NCBI GenBank assembly: GCA_963578885.1 | Contig: CAUZEQ010000001.1 | Span: 1-50,635, forward strand | Source: Planctomycetota bacterium | Lineage (GTDB): Bacteria > Planctomycetota > Planctomycetia > Planctomycetales > Planctomycetaceae | Direction: 5' to 3' | DNA length: 50,635 bases | In this document: one piece after another, positions 7,034 through 16,110 of the stretch | How the letters are laid out: every line of letters begins with the position of its first letter | How positions within the stretch are numbered: position 1 is the first letter of the stretch | Position numbers and translations under genes: made by a program | The notes under the pieces: generated by a model | Told to the model about the DNA's origin: nothing | The model's database searches: none | The model's input: the letters and a program-made list of their open reading frames with translations, nothing else

Positions 7034-9634
7034 TCAGGGAACGTAGAGAAATTCGTTGGAATTGAGCAACATGTGGCAGAGGTGTTCGAGGGGTCGGTGG
7101 GGGGCCTTGGCCGATTCGGCGGCCTGCCGCTTCAGCAAATCGGACGCCAACCCTTGTTCCTCGTCGGTCGCCTCTCGACCCAACGCCAACCAAAATGCCC
7201 GATCGATCCGTGTCGAGGGGTCGCCTCCGAGAGTCTCAGTCACCACGCGCGCGGCAAAACGTCGAGCCTGGGTCATCGAGAAGCGGCCGTTGAGCATCGC
7301 CAGCGACTGCAGCACGACGACCGAGGAGTCGCGGTGGGTGCAGTTGTTGGCCACCGTCGGCTGGTCGAACACGCTCAACTCGGTCGGATGATAGTTGCGA
7401 CGGCAGGTCAGGTAGAGACTGCGGCGATTCGGGTCGCTGGGCCGAGCCAGCTTGCCGGTGTCGACCACCACGCTGCTGTCACTGTTCGCCTTGATCGGCA
7501 CCGCCGGACCACCCTGGTAGAAATCGATCTCGCCGCTGACACACAACACGCTGTCGCGGATCGCTTCGGACTCGAGCCGCTTCAGAGGTCGATGCCACAG
7601 CAGGTGATTGGCCGGATCGATCCTGCGGCACGCCTGCCAATCGGCCGCGGTGCGCGAGGTCGACTGGCGGTAGGTCGAGGAGCACAGCACGTGGCGGTGT
7701 ACCCGCTTCAGGCTCCAGCCACCGTCGACCAGCTCTACTGCCAGCCAGTCGAGCAGCCGGGGATGAGTGGGTTCGCTGCCTGAGAGCCCGAAGTTGGCCG
7801 GAGTCGAAACCAGCCCGGTGACGAAGTAACGCATCCACAACCGGTTGACGATCACCCGTGCAGTCACCGGGTTGCCCGGCCGAGTCAGCCAGCGGGCAAA
7901 CGCCAGGCGGCGACCGCTGCTGGCAGGCTGCTGGTCGTCCCTGGCAACCGAGCCGATCGGCGTCGGGCGACCGGCGGGATCGAGCACCAGTGGGACTCCG
8001 GGTTGGACCTCCGGACCCGGTGTGGTGAAGTCGCCGCGACGATAGAGATAGGTGGGAGGTGCCACGGCAGGTTCCCACGTCACACGCACCGTTTCGTACG
8101 TACCTCGAGTCGACCTCAGGCGAGCGATCTCGGCCTGGGAAGTGCTCACGGTCTTTCTCTGAGCAGGGCTCAGACCCGCCTCGACCTCCGCGGCTGAAAC
8201 CGCCATCAACGGCCCCAGCTTTGTGGCCAGGTAGGCCTGGACCGGGTTTCTCTTGTCCTTGGCCACCTTCACCGCCGCAACCGCGTCGGCCCGAACCGGC
8301 TCGGGCAACAAGGACACCTTCGCGTCACTCAACCGCTTCGAGACCACCGCCCGGATCCCGCCCAGCTGCTTCTTCAACTCCCCCACGCGGGCATCCACCC
8401 GGCCGTTGTGCTGGTCAATTCGTGCCTTGTGCCGGGGTGAGACGGTGTGCAGGTGACGCTTGTCGGCTTGGATCCAGTTCTGCACGTCCAGCGACGGAGT
8501 GAAGATCGCCGCCAGGCGGTAGTAGTCGGCCTGGCTGATCGGGTCGAACTTGTGCGAGTGACACTGAGCACAGTGAACTGTCAGTCCTAACAGCGAGGTC
8601 GAGACCGTCTGCAGGGTTTCGTAGAGCACCTGGTGACGGATGTCGGCCGTGTTGAGTTCGGGCGACGAGGTCGAGTCGCGGACCTGGCGGAGGAAGCCGG
8701 TGGCGATGATCTGCTGCAGCTCTCCCGCATCCAGGCTCTCGGCATTTCGCCAATCGACCAGTTCGTCACCAGCGAGCTGTTCGACCAGGAACTCGTCGAA
8801 CGGCTTGTCCGAGTTGAAGGCGGCGATGACATAGTCGCGGTACCGCCAGACACCCGGTGCCGGCTTGATGATCCCCGCATCGTTGTCGGACCCGATGGTG
8901 TCGACGTAGCCGGCCACATCCAGCCAGTGCCGCCCCCATCGCTCGCCGTACCTCGGGTCCGCCAGCAGCCGATCCACCAACCGGCTCCAGGCACCCGGCC
9001 GGCGATCGGCCAGAAAGCCCGTGACCTCCTCGGGTGAGGGCGGCAGACCGAGCACGTCGAGGTGAGCTCGGCGGACCAGTTGTGTCCGAGTCGCCTCGGG
9101 AGCCAGCTCGAGGCCGACGTCCTCGAGTCGTTTCAGCACGAAGGCGTCGACCCCGCCGGCCACACGATCGGCCGCCACGACCCCGGGCACCACCGGCCGC
9201 TGCGGCGGACGAAACGACCACCACTGCCGATCCGACTCGTCCAGCCCAGGCTCCTCCGACGCATCCAGACCCCGCTCGACGTAGCGGGCCCGCGCCCCGC
9301 CGGCGACCCACTTCTTGATGATCTCGATATGAGCAGCCGTCGGTCGAAGTTCCTTGCCGGGCGGCATCTGGCCGCTGACCAGCTTCTGCACCAGCAGGCT
9401 CTTTTCCAGATCCCCGGAGACAACGGCCGGACCGTGCTTGCCGCCCCGCTTGATCAGCGGCAGCGACCTGAGATCCAGGCCCGCCTGGCGACCCTCGCCA
9501 CCGTGGCACTTCCAGCAGTAGGTCTTGAGCAACCCTTGCACACGCTCTTCGAAGAGCGGACCCTCCTCGGCCGGAACCGTTCCGGAACCAACCAGCAGGG
9601 CGGCCAGGATGGCCTGAAAACTGTGACGAAGCAT
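7034..9634 (-). CDS. PSCyt1/DUF1549(PSCyt2)/DUF1553(PSD1) planctomycete cytochrome-like protein
   Basis: Has a signal peptide (MLRHSFQAILAALLVGSG), the CWKCHGGEGRQAGLDLRS block typical of PSCyt1, and CAQCHSHKFDPISQADYY typical of DUF1549, followed by a long DUF1553-like C-terminus. I moved the start to ATG 9634. The track start at 9763 adds 43 non-signal residues. Confidence 0.85.
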   Translation of the reverse strand: MLRHSFQAILAALLVGSGTVPAEEGPLFEERVQGLLKTYCWKCHGGEGRQAGLDLRSLPLIKRGGKHGPAVVSGDLEKSLLVQKLVSGQMPPGKELRPTAAHIEIIKKWVAGGARARYVERGLDASEEPGLDESDRQWWSFRPPQRPVVPGVVAADRVAGGVDAFVLKRLEDVGLELAPEATRTQLVRRAHLDVLGLPPSPEEVTGFLADRRPGAWSRLVDRLLADPRYGERWGRHWLDVAGYVDTIGSDNDAGIIKPAPGVWRYRDYVIAAFNSDKPFDEFLVEQLAGDELVDWRNAESLDAGELQQIIATGFLRQVRDSTSSPELNTADIRHQVLYETLQTVSTSLLGLTVHCAQCHSHKFDPISQADYYRLAAIFTPSLDVQNWIQADKRHLHTVSPRHKARIDQHNGRVDARVGELKKQLGGIRAVVSKRLSDAKVSLLPEPVRADAVAAVKVAKDKRNPVQAYLATKLGPLMAVSAAEVEAGLSPAQRKTVSTSQAEIARLRSTRGTYETVRVTWEPAVAPPTYLYRRGDFTTPGPEVQPGVPLVLDPAGRPTPIGSVARDDQQPASSGRRLAFARWLTRPGNPVTARVIVNRLWMRYFVTGLVSTPANFGLSGSEPTHPRLLDWLAVELVDGGWSLKRVHRHVLCSSTYRQSTSRTAADWQACRRIDPANHLLWHRPLKRLESEAIRDSVLCVSGEIDFYQGGPAVPIKANSDSSVVVDTGKLARPSDPNRRSLYLTCRRNYHPTELSVFDQPTVANNCTHRDSSVVVLQSLAMLNGRFSMTQARRFAARVVTETLGGDPSTRIDRAFWLALGREATDEEQGLASDLLKRQAAESAKAPHRPLEHLCHMLLNSNEFLYVP

Positions 9635-9692
9635 GGGTGGGAGATGGGTGGGAGACGGGTTCGAAGACGTTGGCCTGGTGGCCGATCGTCGA

Positions 9693-11786
9693 TCATACCA
9701 CATCCCGTTCCCGCCAAGCCCGCTCGACCATCGACGTGAACTCCAGCGCCAGTCGTCGTCCATCGCCCAGAGGACCCTCGGTCACTCGACCTCGCAGCTC
9801 ATCCCTCAGCACCCCCCGACGCCCGGCATCCTCGGCCAGCCCGACCGCCCTGGCCACGTAGTCCTCGCGAGACGACGCGACCAGGTCCTCGAGACCAACT
9901 CGGGCCAGGAACGCGGCACTCTGGCGACCGCACATGCGGTCCCCCGCCCAGGTCACCACCGGGACTCCCATCCAGAGTGCCTCGCAGGTGGTCAGGCCGC
10001 CGCAAAACGGAAACGGATCCAGGCCGATGTCGATCTCACCGTATCCGGCCAGCAACTCGGTGTGACTCACCCACCCGTGGCACTCGATCCGGTCCGACTC
10101 GAGTCCCGCATCGCCCAGGATCCCGATCACGCGATCGGCGACTTGCGGGTCATCGAGCCCGTGGCTGCGGAGCACCAGTCGCGACCCGTGATGGCTCTGC
10201 AGGACTTCGGCCCAGGTCGCGAGCACTGCGGGGGTCGTCTTGTCGAGCTTGTTGAAGCTGCCGAAGACCACCTCGTCGGACTCGGGCCGAGCCACCACCT
10301 CGTGGTCCCCGACCGCCGGCAGGTAGCTGATGTGTCCGCCCTCCAACCGCACAACCTCCTCGCTGAACGACACCTCCGCCCCCTCGGGCACCAGCACCTC
10401 GTCGGCCACCAGCACGTCGATCGCATCGAGACCCGTGGTCGAGGGGTAGCCTATCCAGGTCAGCTGCAGAGGTGCCGGGCGACGAGCGAACACGCCCAGG
10501 CGGTGGTGACCGGTGTGGCCGGCCAGGTCCACGAGCACGTCGATTCCCGCACCGCCAATCCACTCGGCCACCTGCTCGTCCTCACGGCCCCGAATGTCGA
10601 ACCACTCGGCCGAAGCCGAGCGGAAACGGTCGGTGAAGGCGTCGACCTGGACCCGATCGCTGAAACAGACCGCCTGCACCCGGTCGGTGTCGAACGACTC
10701 GAACGCGCCCAGCAGGAAGCGGCCCACCGGATGCTGGCCGAAGTCCGGTGACACGAAGCCGACCCGTAGAGGGGATCGGTCCGAGCGGGCCTGGGCAGGG
10801 CTCGATCGAGAGGACTCGAGATCACCCCACAACTCCAGCGACGACTGGCGATGTGCCGCCAGGATCTCGTCTGTCGACACGTCGTCCCGGCAAAGCATCG
10901 TGGCCAGTCGGTTGGCAACCGCGGCCGTCGAGTCGGGTGAAAGCTCCCTGGCACGTTCAAACTGATCGGCCGCCTCGGCAAGTCGACCCTGCAGTTTCAG
11001 GACGACACCGAGATTATTGGTCGCTCGAGCGTGACCGGCAGCACTCTCCAGTACGCCCCGCTGCATCGCCTCGGACTCGGACAATCGACCCGCATGCTCC
11101 AGAGCAATCCCGAGGTTGTAGCGGGTCTCGAGATCACGGGGGCTGATCGCGAGTGACCTGTGGTAGGCGGCAATCGATTCGTCGAGTTGTCCGAGCTTCA
11201 ACAGTGCGTTGCCGAGATTGTTCTCGGTCCCGGCCAGGCCAGGCCGGATCGACAGCGCCCGGCGGCTGCAGTCGGCTGCCTCGACATACTCACCCATCTC
11301 GATCAGCACGTTTCCGAGGTTGGTCCAGGCACCGTAATGCCCCGGTTGCAGATCGACCGCGCGCCGAAACGCCTCGGCCGCGTCGTGAGGTCGTTTCTGG
11401 CAACCACAGGCCAGGCCCAAGTTGACCCATCCCGAAACGAACTCGGCATCCAGTTCGATCGCCCGCCGTGCCATCAGCTCGGCCTCGCCGCCCTCGCCCG
11501 CGGCTACCAGCACCGCCGCCAGGTTCGCCGCCGCCTCGGGTACCGTCGAATCGATTTCGTAGGCCCGGCGGGCCGAAGACACGGCCTCCTCGAGGTCGCC
11601 CCGCCGCAGAAACACGCCCGCTAATACCCGGTGCGCCGATGGCTCATCGGCAGAAACCGCCAGCACCTCGCGAGCCACTCCCGCCGCCTCGTCCAACCGA
11701 CCGGCCGCAAACAGGTCAAACGACCGACGAATCTCGCTGGGTACGTCCATCGCCAAGAGTCTACGAGTCTCGAAAATCGTTGCCAC
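9693..11786 (-). CDS. TPR-repeat protein with C-terminal GT41 (SPINDLY/O-GlcNAc-transferase-like) glycosyltransferase domain
   Basis: The N-terminal roughly 330 aa consist of repeated TPR-like 34-mers. The C-terminal half contains LRVGFVSPDFGQHPVGRFLL, VDLAGHTGHHRL, TWIGYPSTTGL and FGSFNKLDK, which are typical of bacterial SPINDLY-family transferases. GTG start. Confidence 0.8.
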   Translation of the reverse strand: MATIFETRRLLAMDVPSEIRRSFDLFAAGRLDEAAGVAREVLAVSADEPSAHRVLAGVFLRRGDLEEAVSSARRAYEIDSTVPEAAANLAAVLVAAGEGGEAELMARRAIELDAEFVSGWVNLGLACGCQKRPHDAAEAFRRAVDLQPGHYGAWTNLGNVLIEMGEYVEAADCSRRALSIRPGLAGTENNLGNALLKLGQLDESIAAYHRSLAISPRDLETRYNLGIALEHAGRLSESEAMQRGVLESAAGHARATNNLGVVLKLQGRLAEAADQFERARELSPDSTAAVANRLATMLCRDDVSTDEILAAHRQSSLELWGDLESSRSSPAQARSDRSPLRVGFVSPDFGQHPVGRFLLGAFESFDTDRVQAVCFSDRVQVDAFTDRFRSASAEWFDIRGREDEQVAEWIGGAGIDVLVDLAGHTGHHRLGVFARRPAPLQLTWIGYPSTTGLDAIDVLVADEVLVPEGAEVSFSEEVVRLEGGHISYLPAVGDHEVVARPESDEVVFGSFNKLDKTTPAVLATWAEVLQSHHGSRLVLRSHGLDDPQVADRVIGILGDAGLESDRIECHGWVSHTELLAGYGEIDIGLDPFPFCGGLTTCEALWMGVPVVTWAGDRMCGRQSAAFLARVGLEDLVASSREDYVARAVGLAEDAGRRGVLRDELRGRVTEGPLGDGRRLALEFTSMVERAWRERDVV

Positions 11787-11889
11787 GCGATACGCCGTCG
11801 ACCCAGTCGCTCGACAGGCCTCATAAGTGATGCAACTATTGAAACGTCGACATGCTGCCTTTGCAGCCTGTTAGGGATCCTACAGCGAG

Positions 11890-12954
11890 ATGCACACGAT
11901 GGTGATTGGGCAACGGCTCATTGTGCTCATCGCACTCCTGCTTGTGGGAATCACAGTCCCGGCTTGCCAGGAAGATGACGCCCCGCCGACGTTGACCACC
12001 ACGGCACCGACGGCACCCGGCACGGACGCCGACAGCCCCACGACCGCCAAGCCGCGTTCACGTACGTTCGAGTTTGACTACGGCGTGACGGTTCGGGACG
12101 TCCCCGCGGGATCACGGCTTTTGGTCTGGCTGCCGGTGCCGCAGACGACCAGCCACCAGCAGGCCAGCCGACTGAGACAGGATGTGCCGGTCGAACCCCA
12201 GCAGACGACCGAATCGAAATACGGCAACCAGATGCTGCACTTCGAACTCGAACCGTCCTCGGCCAAACCGCTCACCTTCCAGGTCACCTGGCAGATCACT
12301 CGCAACGAGGTGCGTGGCCTGGACCACTCCGACCCCGACGCCAGGCTCGACGACGCGAAGCGCAAGACCTTCCTGTCGGCCAACGCCAAGGTGCCGATCG
12401 ACGGCAAGCCGCTGACTCTGATCGATTCCTCAAAGCTCTCACGCGACAACCCGATCGAGTTGGGCCGGTCGCTTTATGAACGGGTCGACGACCACATGCG
12501 CTACGACAAGTCGCAGCCGGGCTACGGCAACGGCGACGTGCTGTGGGCCTGCGACAGCGGATTTGGCAATTGCACCGACTTTCACAGCCTGTTCATCTCG
12601 CTGGCCCGAGGCCAGGATCTGCCGGCCCGCTTCGAAATCGGATTCCCGCTGCCACCGACTCGGGGCGAGGGGACCATCGGTGGTTATCACTGCTGGGCCC
12701 AGTTCCACGTCGATGGGCACGGCTGGGTGCCCACCGATATCTCCGAAGCTGACAAGCACCCCGAGCTCAAGAACTACTACTACGGCAACCTGACGGAAGA
12801 CCGCGTGCAGTTGACCGTCGGCCGTGACATCACGCTCGAACCCGCCCAGCAAGGCGAACCACTCAACTACTTCATCTACCCGCACATCGAGGTGGATGGC
12901 AAGAGTTGGCCGGTGGAGAAAACCGACCGGGCATTCGCCTTTCGGGATCGCTAG
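11890..12954 (+). CDS. Transglutaminase-like cysteine peptidase family lipoprotein
   Basis: Has a lipoprotein-like signal (LLLVGITVPAC) and a Cys-His-Asp core pattern: GNCTDFHSLFISLARGQDLPARF, GYHCWAQF and GWVPTDISE. The stop TAG at 12952-12954 overlaps the first G of a family-A repeat. Confidence 0.82.
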   Translation: MHTMVIGQRLIVLIALLLVGITVPACQEDDAPPTLTTTAPTAPGTDADSPTTAKPRSRTFEFDYGVTVRDVPAGSRLLVWLPVPQTTSHQQASRLRQDVPVEPQQTTESKYGNQMLHFELEPSSAKPLTFQVTWQITRNEVRGLDHSDPDARLDDAKRKTFLSANAKVPIDGKPLTLIDSSKLSRDNPIELGRSLYERVDDHMRYDKSQPGYGNGDVLWACDSGFGNCTDFHSLFISLARGQDLPARFEIGFPLPPTRGEGTIGGYHCWAQFHVDGHGWVPTDISEADKHPELKNYYYGNLTEDRVQLTVGRDITLEPAQQGEPLNYFIYPHIEVDGKSWPVEKTDRAFAFRDR

Positions 12955-12996
12955 GGACTGGCTCCAGAGCCCCGCCTGCGGCGGAAGCCAGTCCCC
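12954..12996 (+). repeat. GC-rich hairpin repeat, family A short form (possible terminator or 3' stabiliser)
   Basis: The sequence is GGGACTGGCTccagagccCCGCCtgcGGCGGaAGCCAGTCCC. It forms a perfect 10-bp outer stem plus a 5-bp inner stem and starts at the last base of the TAG stop. Confidence 0.85.
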
Positions 12997-13048
12997 GGCC
13001 TGCTTTGGTACGATGACACCCGTTCGCCAACGCATCGGGAATCCTGAC

Positions 13049-16048
13049 ATGCGCCATCTTCTGCAACGCGTCACCGCTGTTGTCCTGCTGCTTGCTGCCA
13101 CCACGGCGGTCTCAGCAGGCGCCGACGCCGTAGAGACTCACAAGCAAATCGGCGTACACGCCGGTTTGTGCGTGCTGCTGGGAGAGAACCAGGCCCAGCG
13201 GGCCCTGGCACTGACGACGGTCAGCGACCTGGTGATCTACGTCCCCACCACGACTCATGCCCGGGCCGCCACCGTGCGGGCCGCCGCCGAAAAAGCCGGC
13301 CTGCTGGGGACCCGGATTATCGTCGACCACGGCCTGGCAAACCGGATCGGATTGGCCAGTGACCTGGCCGACGCGGTCGTGGTCGAGGGACGGGTCGGGA
13401 TATCGGTGTCTGAGTTGATGCGAGTCATCCGGCCGCGAGGCCGACTGGTGGTCGACGGCGATGTCCGCGTCAAGCCGGTCCCCAAGGGGACCGGCGAATG
13501 GAGTCATCCCTACCACGGAGCCGACAACAACCCGCAATCGAACGACAGGCTGGCCAAGGCGCCCTACCTGACCAAGTTCCTCGCCACCCCCTGGTACGGG
13601 CCGATGCCCGAAGTCACCGTCTCCTCGGGTGGACGGATGTTCAAGGCGTTCGGGTTCCTGGCGTTCAAGCGTCGCGAATGGCCCATGGTGGGCAAGCTCA
13701 TCTGCCTCAACGGCTACAACGGAGCCACTCTCTGGACCAGGCTGCTCACGCCCGGGTTCATGATCCATCGCAACACGATCGTCGCCACCCCCGACACGCT
13801 CTACCTGGCCGACAACACCTCCTGCAAGCTGATCGACGCGGCCACCGGAGCCGTCCGCGATGAAATCGTCGTGCCCGAATCGCACGCCGGATACGGCAAG
13901 ACCTGGAAATGGATGACACTCCGCGACGGCGTGCTCTACGCGCTGATCGGTCCCAGCGAAAAACTGCACCAGGTCCACCTCGGCACCCGCACCAAGACCG
14001 GCTGGCCGTGGGCGACGGTCCGCAGCACCTACGGCGGCTCGATCGAGACCTGGGGCTTCGGCCGCACGCTGCTGGCATTCGACGCCAGGACCAAGAAAGT
14101 GCTCTGGTCTCACACCACCACCGCCCCGATCGACGGCCGGGCCGTGGTGATGAACAAGAACCGCATCTTCCTCTACAGCCACCAGGACCACCTCGAAGCC
14201 GTCAATCTTGCCGACGGCAAGACGGCCTGGAAGACCTCCGACAAGCAACTACTGGAAACGATCGGGGCCCACCATCGAGCCCAGACCGCCAGCCTCGGTT
14301 ACTCCACCTCCGCCTACCTCAAGTGCAACGACGACGCGCTGTTCTTTGCCGGACCCACACGCACGAAACTCGTCGCCGTCTCGGCCGACACCGGCAAGCT
14401 GCTCTGGAGCTACAAGGACGGCAACATGCAGCTGATCATTCGGGATGACGGCCTGTACGCGATGGGCCGGCTCAGCCAGAGCAAGAAGTTCGACCCGCTG
14501 ACCGGGAAGGTGCTGGCCGACCTGCAGTGTTTCCGAGGCAATTGCACGCGGGCGACCGGGACGGTTGATTCGATCTTTGCTCGAGGCTACCGGCACACGG
14601 GCACGATGCGATTCGATGTCTCATACGGCAAGCCGAGGCGGCTGCCGGGAATGCGACCCGCCTGCCAGGATGGTGTCATCGTCGCCAACGGGCAGCTGTA
14701 CTGGGGCCCCTGGATGTGCGACTGCAATCACTCGCTGGTCGGAGTCATCAGCCTGACGGGGGCGGGTGACTTTGAATTCGATCGCCAGGCGATCGAGAGT
14801 GAGCGGCTCGAGACGTTTGCCCCTTCGGCGGTCCGTTCTCCCTCGCTGACCCCCGCCGACTGGCCGACCTACCGGGCCAACAACCGGCGAACCGCGGCGA
14901 CCCCGGTTCGAGTGCCTGCGAAACTGAAGCTGGCCTGGCAGACATCGCCGCGTGAAACGATCGAGCCGACCGCACCTGTCACTGCGGCGGGCCTGACCCT
15001 GGTGGCGGGATCCGACGGAGCGGTGCGGGCTTTCGACTCGGCCACCGGCAAGACCCGCTGGACGGCGTTCACCGGCGGAGCCATCGCCTATCCTCCCACG
15101 ATCGCCAAGGGCCGCGTGCATGTCGGATCCGGCGACGGCCTGGCCTGGTGCTTCGACCTGGCCACGGGCAAGACCCTGTGGTGTTTCCGAGCTGCACCGC
15201 TCGAGCGGCGGATCCCCGTCTACGGCCGACTGCTCTCGACCTGGCCGGTGGCCAGCGGAGTGATGGTCGCCAATGGAGTCGCCTACTGTGCGGCGGGGAT
15301 CATCTGCCACGACGGCACCCACGTCTACGCACTCGATGCGGCCACCGGCAAGATCCGCTGGCAGAACAACAGCTCGGGCAACCTGCTGGGTGAGGACGAA
15401 TCGGTGGGAGTCAGCGTGCAGGGTCACATGCTGTTGCACAACGGCATCGTCCACCTGGCTGGAGGCAACGTGGTCTCGCCGGCGAAGTACGACACCAAGA
15501 CCGGCAAGTGCCTGAACAGACTGACCCAGAAACCCGGCAAGTCGCTCGACGAGCACTGGAAGATGCAGCGCTCGAGTCGTGGCAGCGAGTTGTTCCTGGT
15601 CGAGGGCCAGGTTGCCGTGGCCGGCGACATGCTCTACTCGGCACGAACACCAGGCCCCCCGTCGCGTTACAACGCCAAGTACCTGCTGCAGGCGAGCCTG
15701 GGCGACGTGATCATCCAGGGCACCGACAAGACCCTGTTGCGGGTGGACCCCAAGGGCGGCCCCGACGGCAAGTCGAAGGTCCTCTGGAAGGACTCGAGCT
15801 TCGCAAAAACCGAAGCGGTGGTGCTGACGCCCAACGCGGTGATCGTGGCGGGTGAACTGCCTGCGCTGAAGGCCGACGGGCCGCTGCGGCCTGCGGTGGT
15901 CGCCCGCGACCCGGCCAACGGCAAGCCGCTTTGGGCCCAGGCCCTGCCGGCTCCGCCACAGAAGTGGGGCCTGGCGATCGACCGCGACGGGCGAGTCGTG
16001 CTGACCCTGATCGACGGCCGAACCGTCTGCTTCGCAGCAGCCGATTAG
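13049..16048 (+). CDS. PQQ-like (BamB-type) beta-propeller repeat protein, secreted, about 1000 aa
   Basis: Has a signal peptide (MRHLLQRVTAVVLLLAATTAVSAGA). Repeated G-x-L/V-Y/W-A-x-D-x-x-T-G-K-x-x-W motifs (DAATGAVRDE, DARTKKVLWS, ADGKTAWK, DTGKLLWS, SATGKTRWT, LATGKTLWC, DAATGKIRWQ, ANGKPLWA) are typical of PQQ-like propellers. Start chosen at ATG 13049, with ATG 13013 as an alternative. The track start at 12824 overlaps the upstream gene and reads through the repeat. Confidence 0.8.
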   Translation: MRHLLQRVTAVVLLLAATTAVSAGADAVETHKQIGVHAGLCVLLGENQAQRALALTTVSDLVIYVPTTTHARAATVRAAAEKAGLLGTRIIVDHGLANRIGLASDLADAVVVEGRVGISVSELMRVIRPRGRLVVDGDVRVKPVPKGTGEWSHPYHGADNNPQSNDRLAKAPYLTKFLATPWYGPMPEVTVSSGGRMFKAFGFLAFKRREWPMVGKLICLNGYNGATLWTRLLTPGFMIHRNTIVATPDTLYLADNTSCKLIDAATGAVRDEIVVPESHAGYGKTWKWMTLRDGVLYALIGPSEKLHQVHLGTRTKTGWPWATVRSTYGGSIETWGFGRTLLAFDARTKKVLWSHTTTAPIDGRAVVMNKNRIFLYSHQDHLEAVNLADGKTAWKTSDKQLLETIGAHHRAQTASLGYSTSAYLKCNDDALFFAGPTRTKLVAVSADTGKLLWSYKDGNMQLIIRDDGLYAMGRLSQSKKFDPLTGKVLADLQCFRGNCTRATGTVDSIFARGYRHTGTMRFDVSYGKPRRLPGMRPACQDGVIVANGQLYWGPWMCDCNHSLVGVISLTGAGDFEFDRQAIESERLETFAPSAVRSPSLTPADWPTYRANNRRTAATPVRVPAKLKLAWQTSPRETIEPTAPVTAAGLTLVAGSDGAVRAFDSATGKTRWTAFTGGAIAYPPTIAKGRVHVGSGDGLAWCFDLATGKTLWCFRAAPLERRIPVYGRLLSTWPVASGVMVANGVAYCAAGIICHDGTHVYALDAATGKIRWQNNSSGNLLGEDESVGVSVQGHMLLHNGIVHLAGGNVVSPAKYDTKTGKCLNRLTQKPGKSLDEHWKMQRSSRGSELFLVEGQVAVAGDMLYSARTPGPPSRYNAKYLLQASLGDVIIQGTDKTLLRVDPKGGPDGKSKVLWKDSSFAKTEAVVLTPNAVIVAGELPALKADGPLRPAVVARDPANGKPLWAQALPAPPQKWGLAIDRDGRVVLTLIDGRTVCFAAAD

Positions 16049-16052
16049 CCCC

Positions 16053-16100
16053 GGGGACTGGCTTCCGCCTGCGGCGGACCCGTGGCGGGGTGCCTGTCCC
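16053..16100 (+). repeat. GC-rich hairpin repeat, family A
   Basis: The sequence is GGGGACTGGCTTCCGCCTGCGGCGGACCCGTGGCGGGGTGCCTGTCCC. It begins 4 nt after the TAG at 16046-16048 and fills most of the 62-bp gap between convergent genes. Confidence 0.85.
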
Positions 16101-16110
16101 TGCCTGAGCA

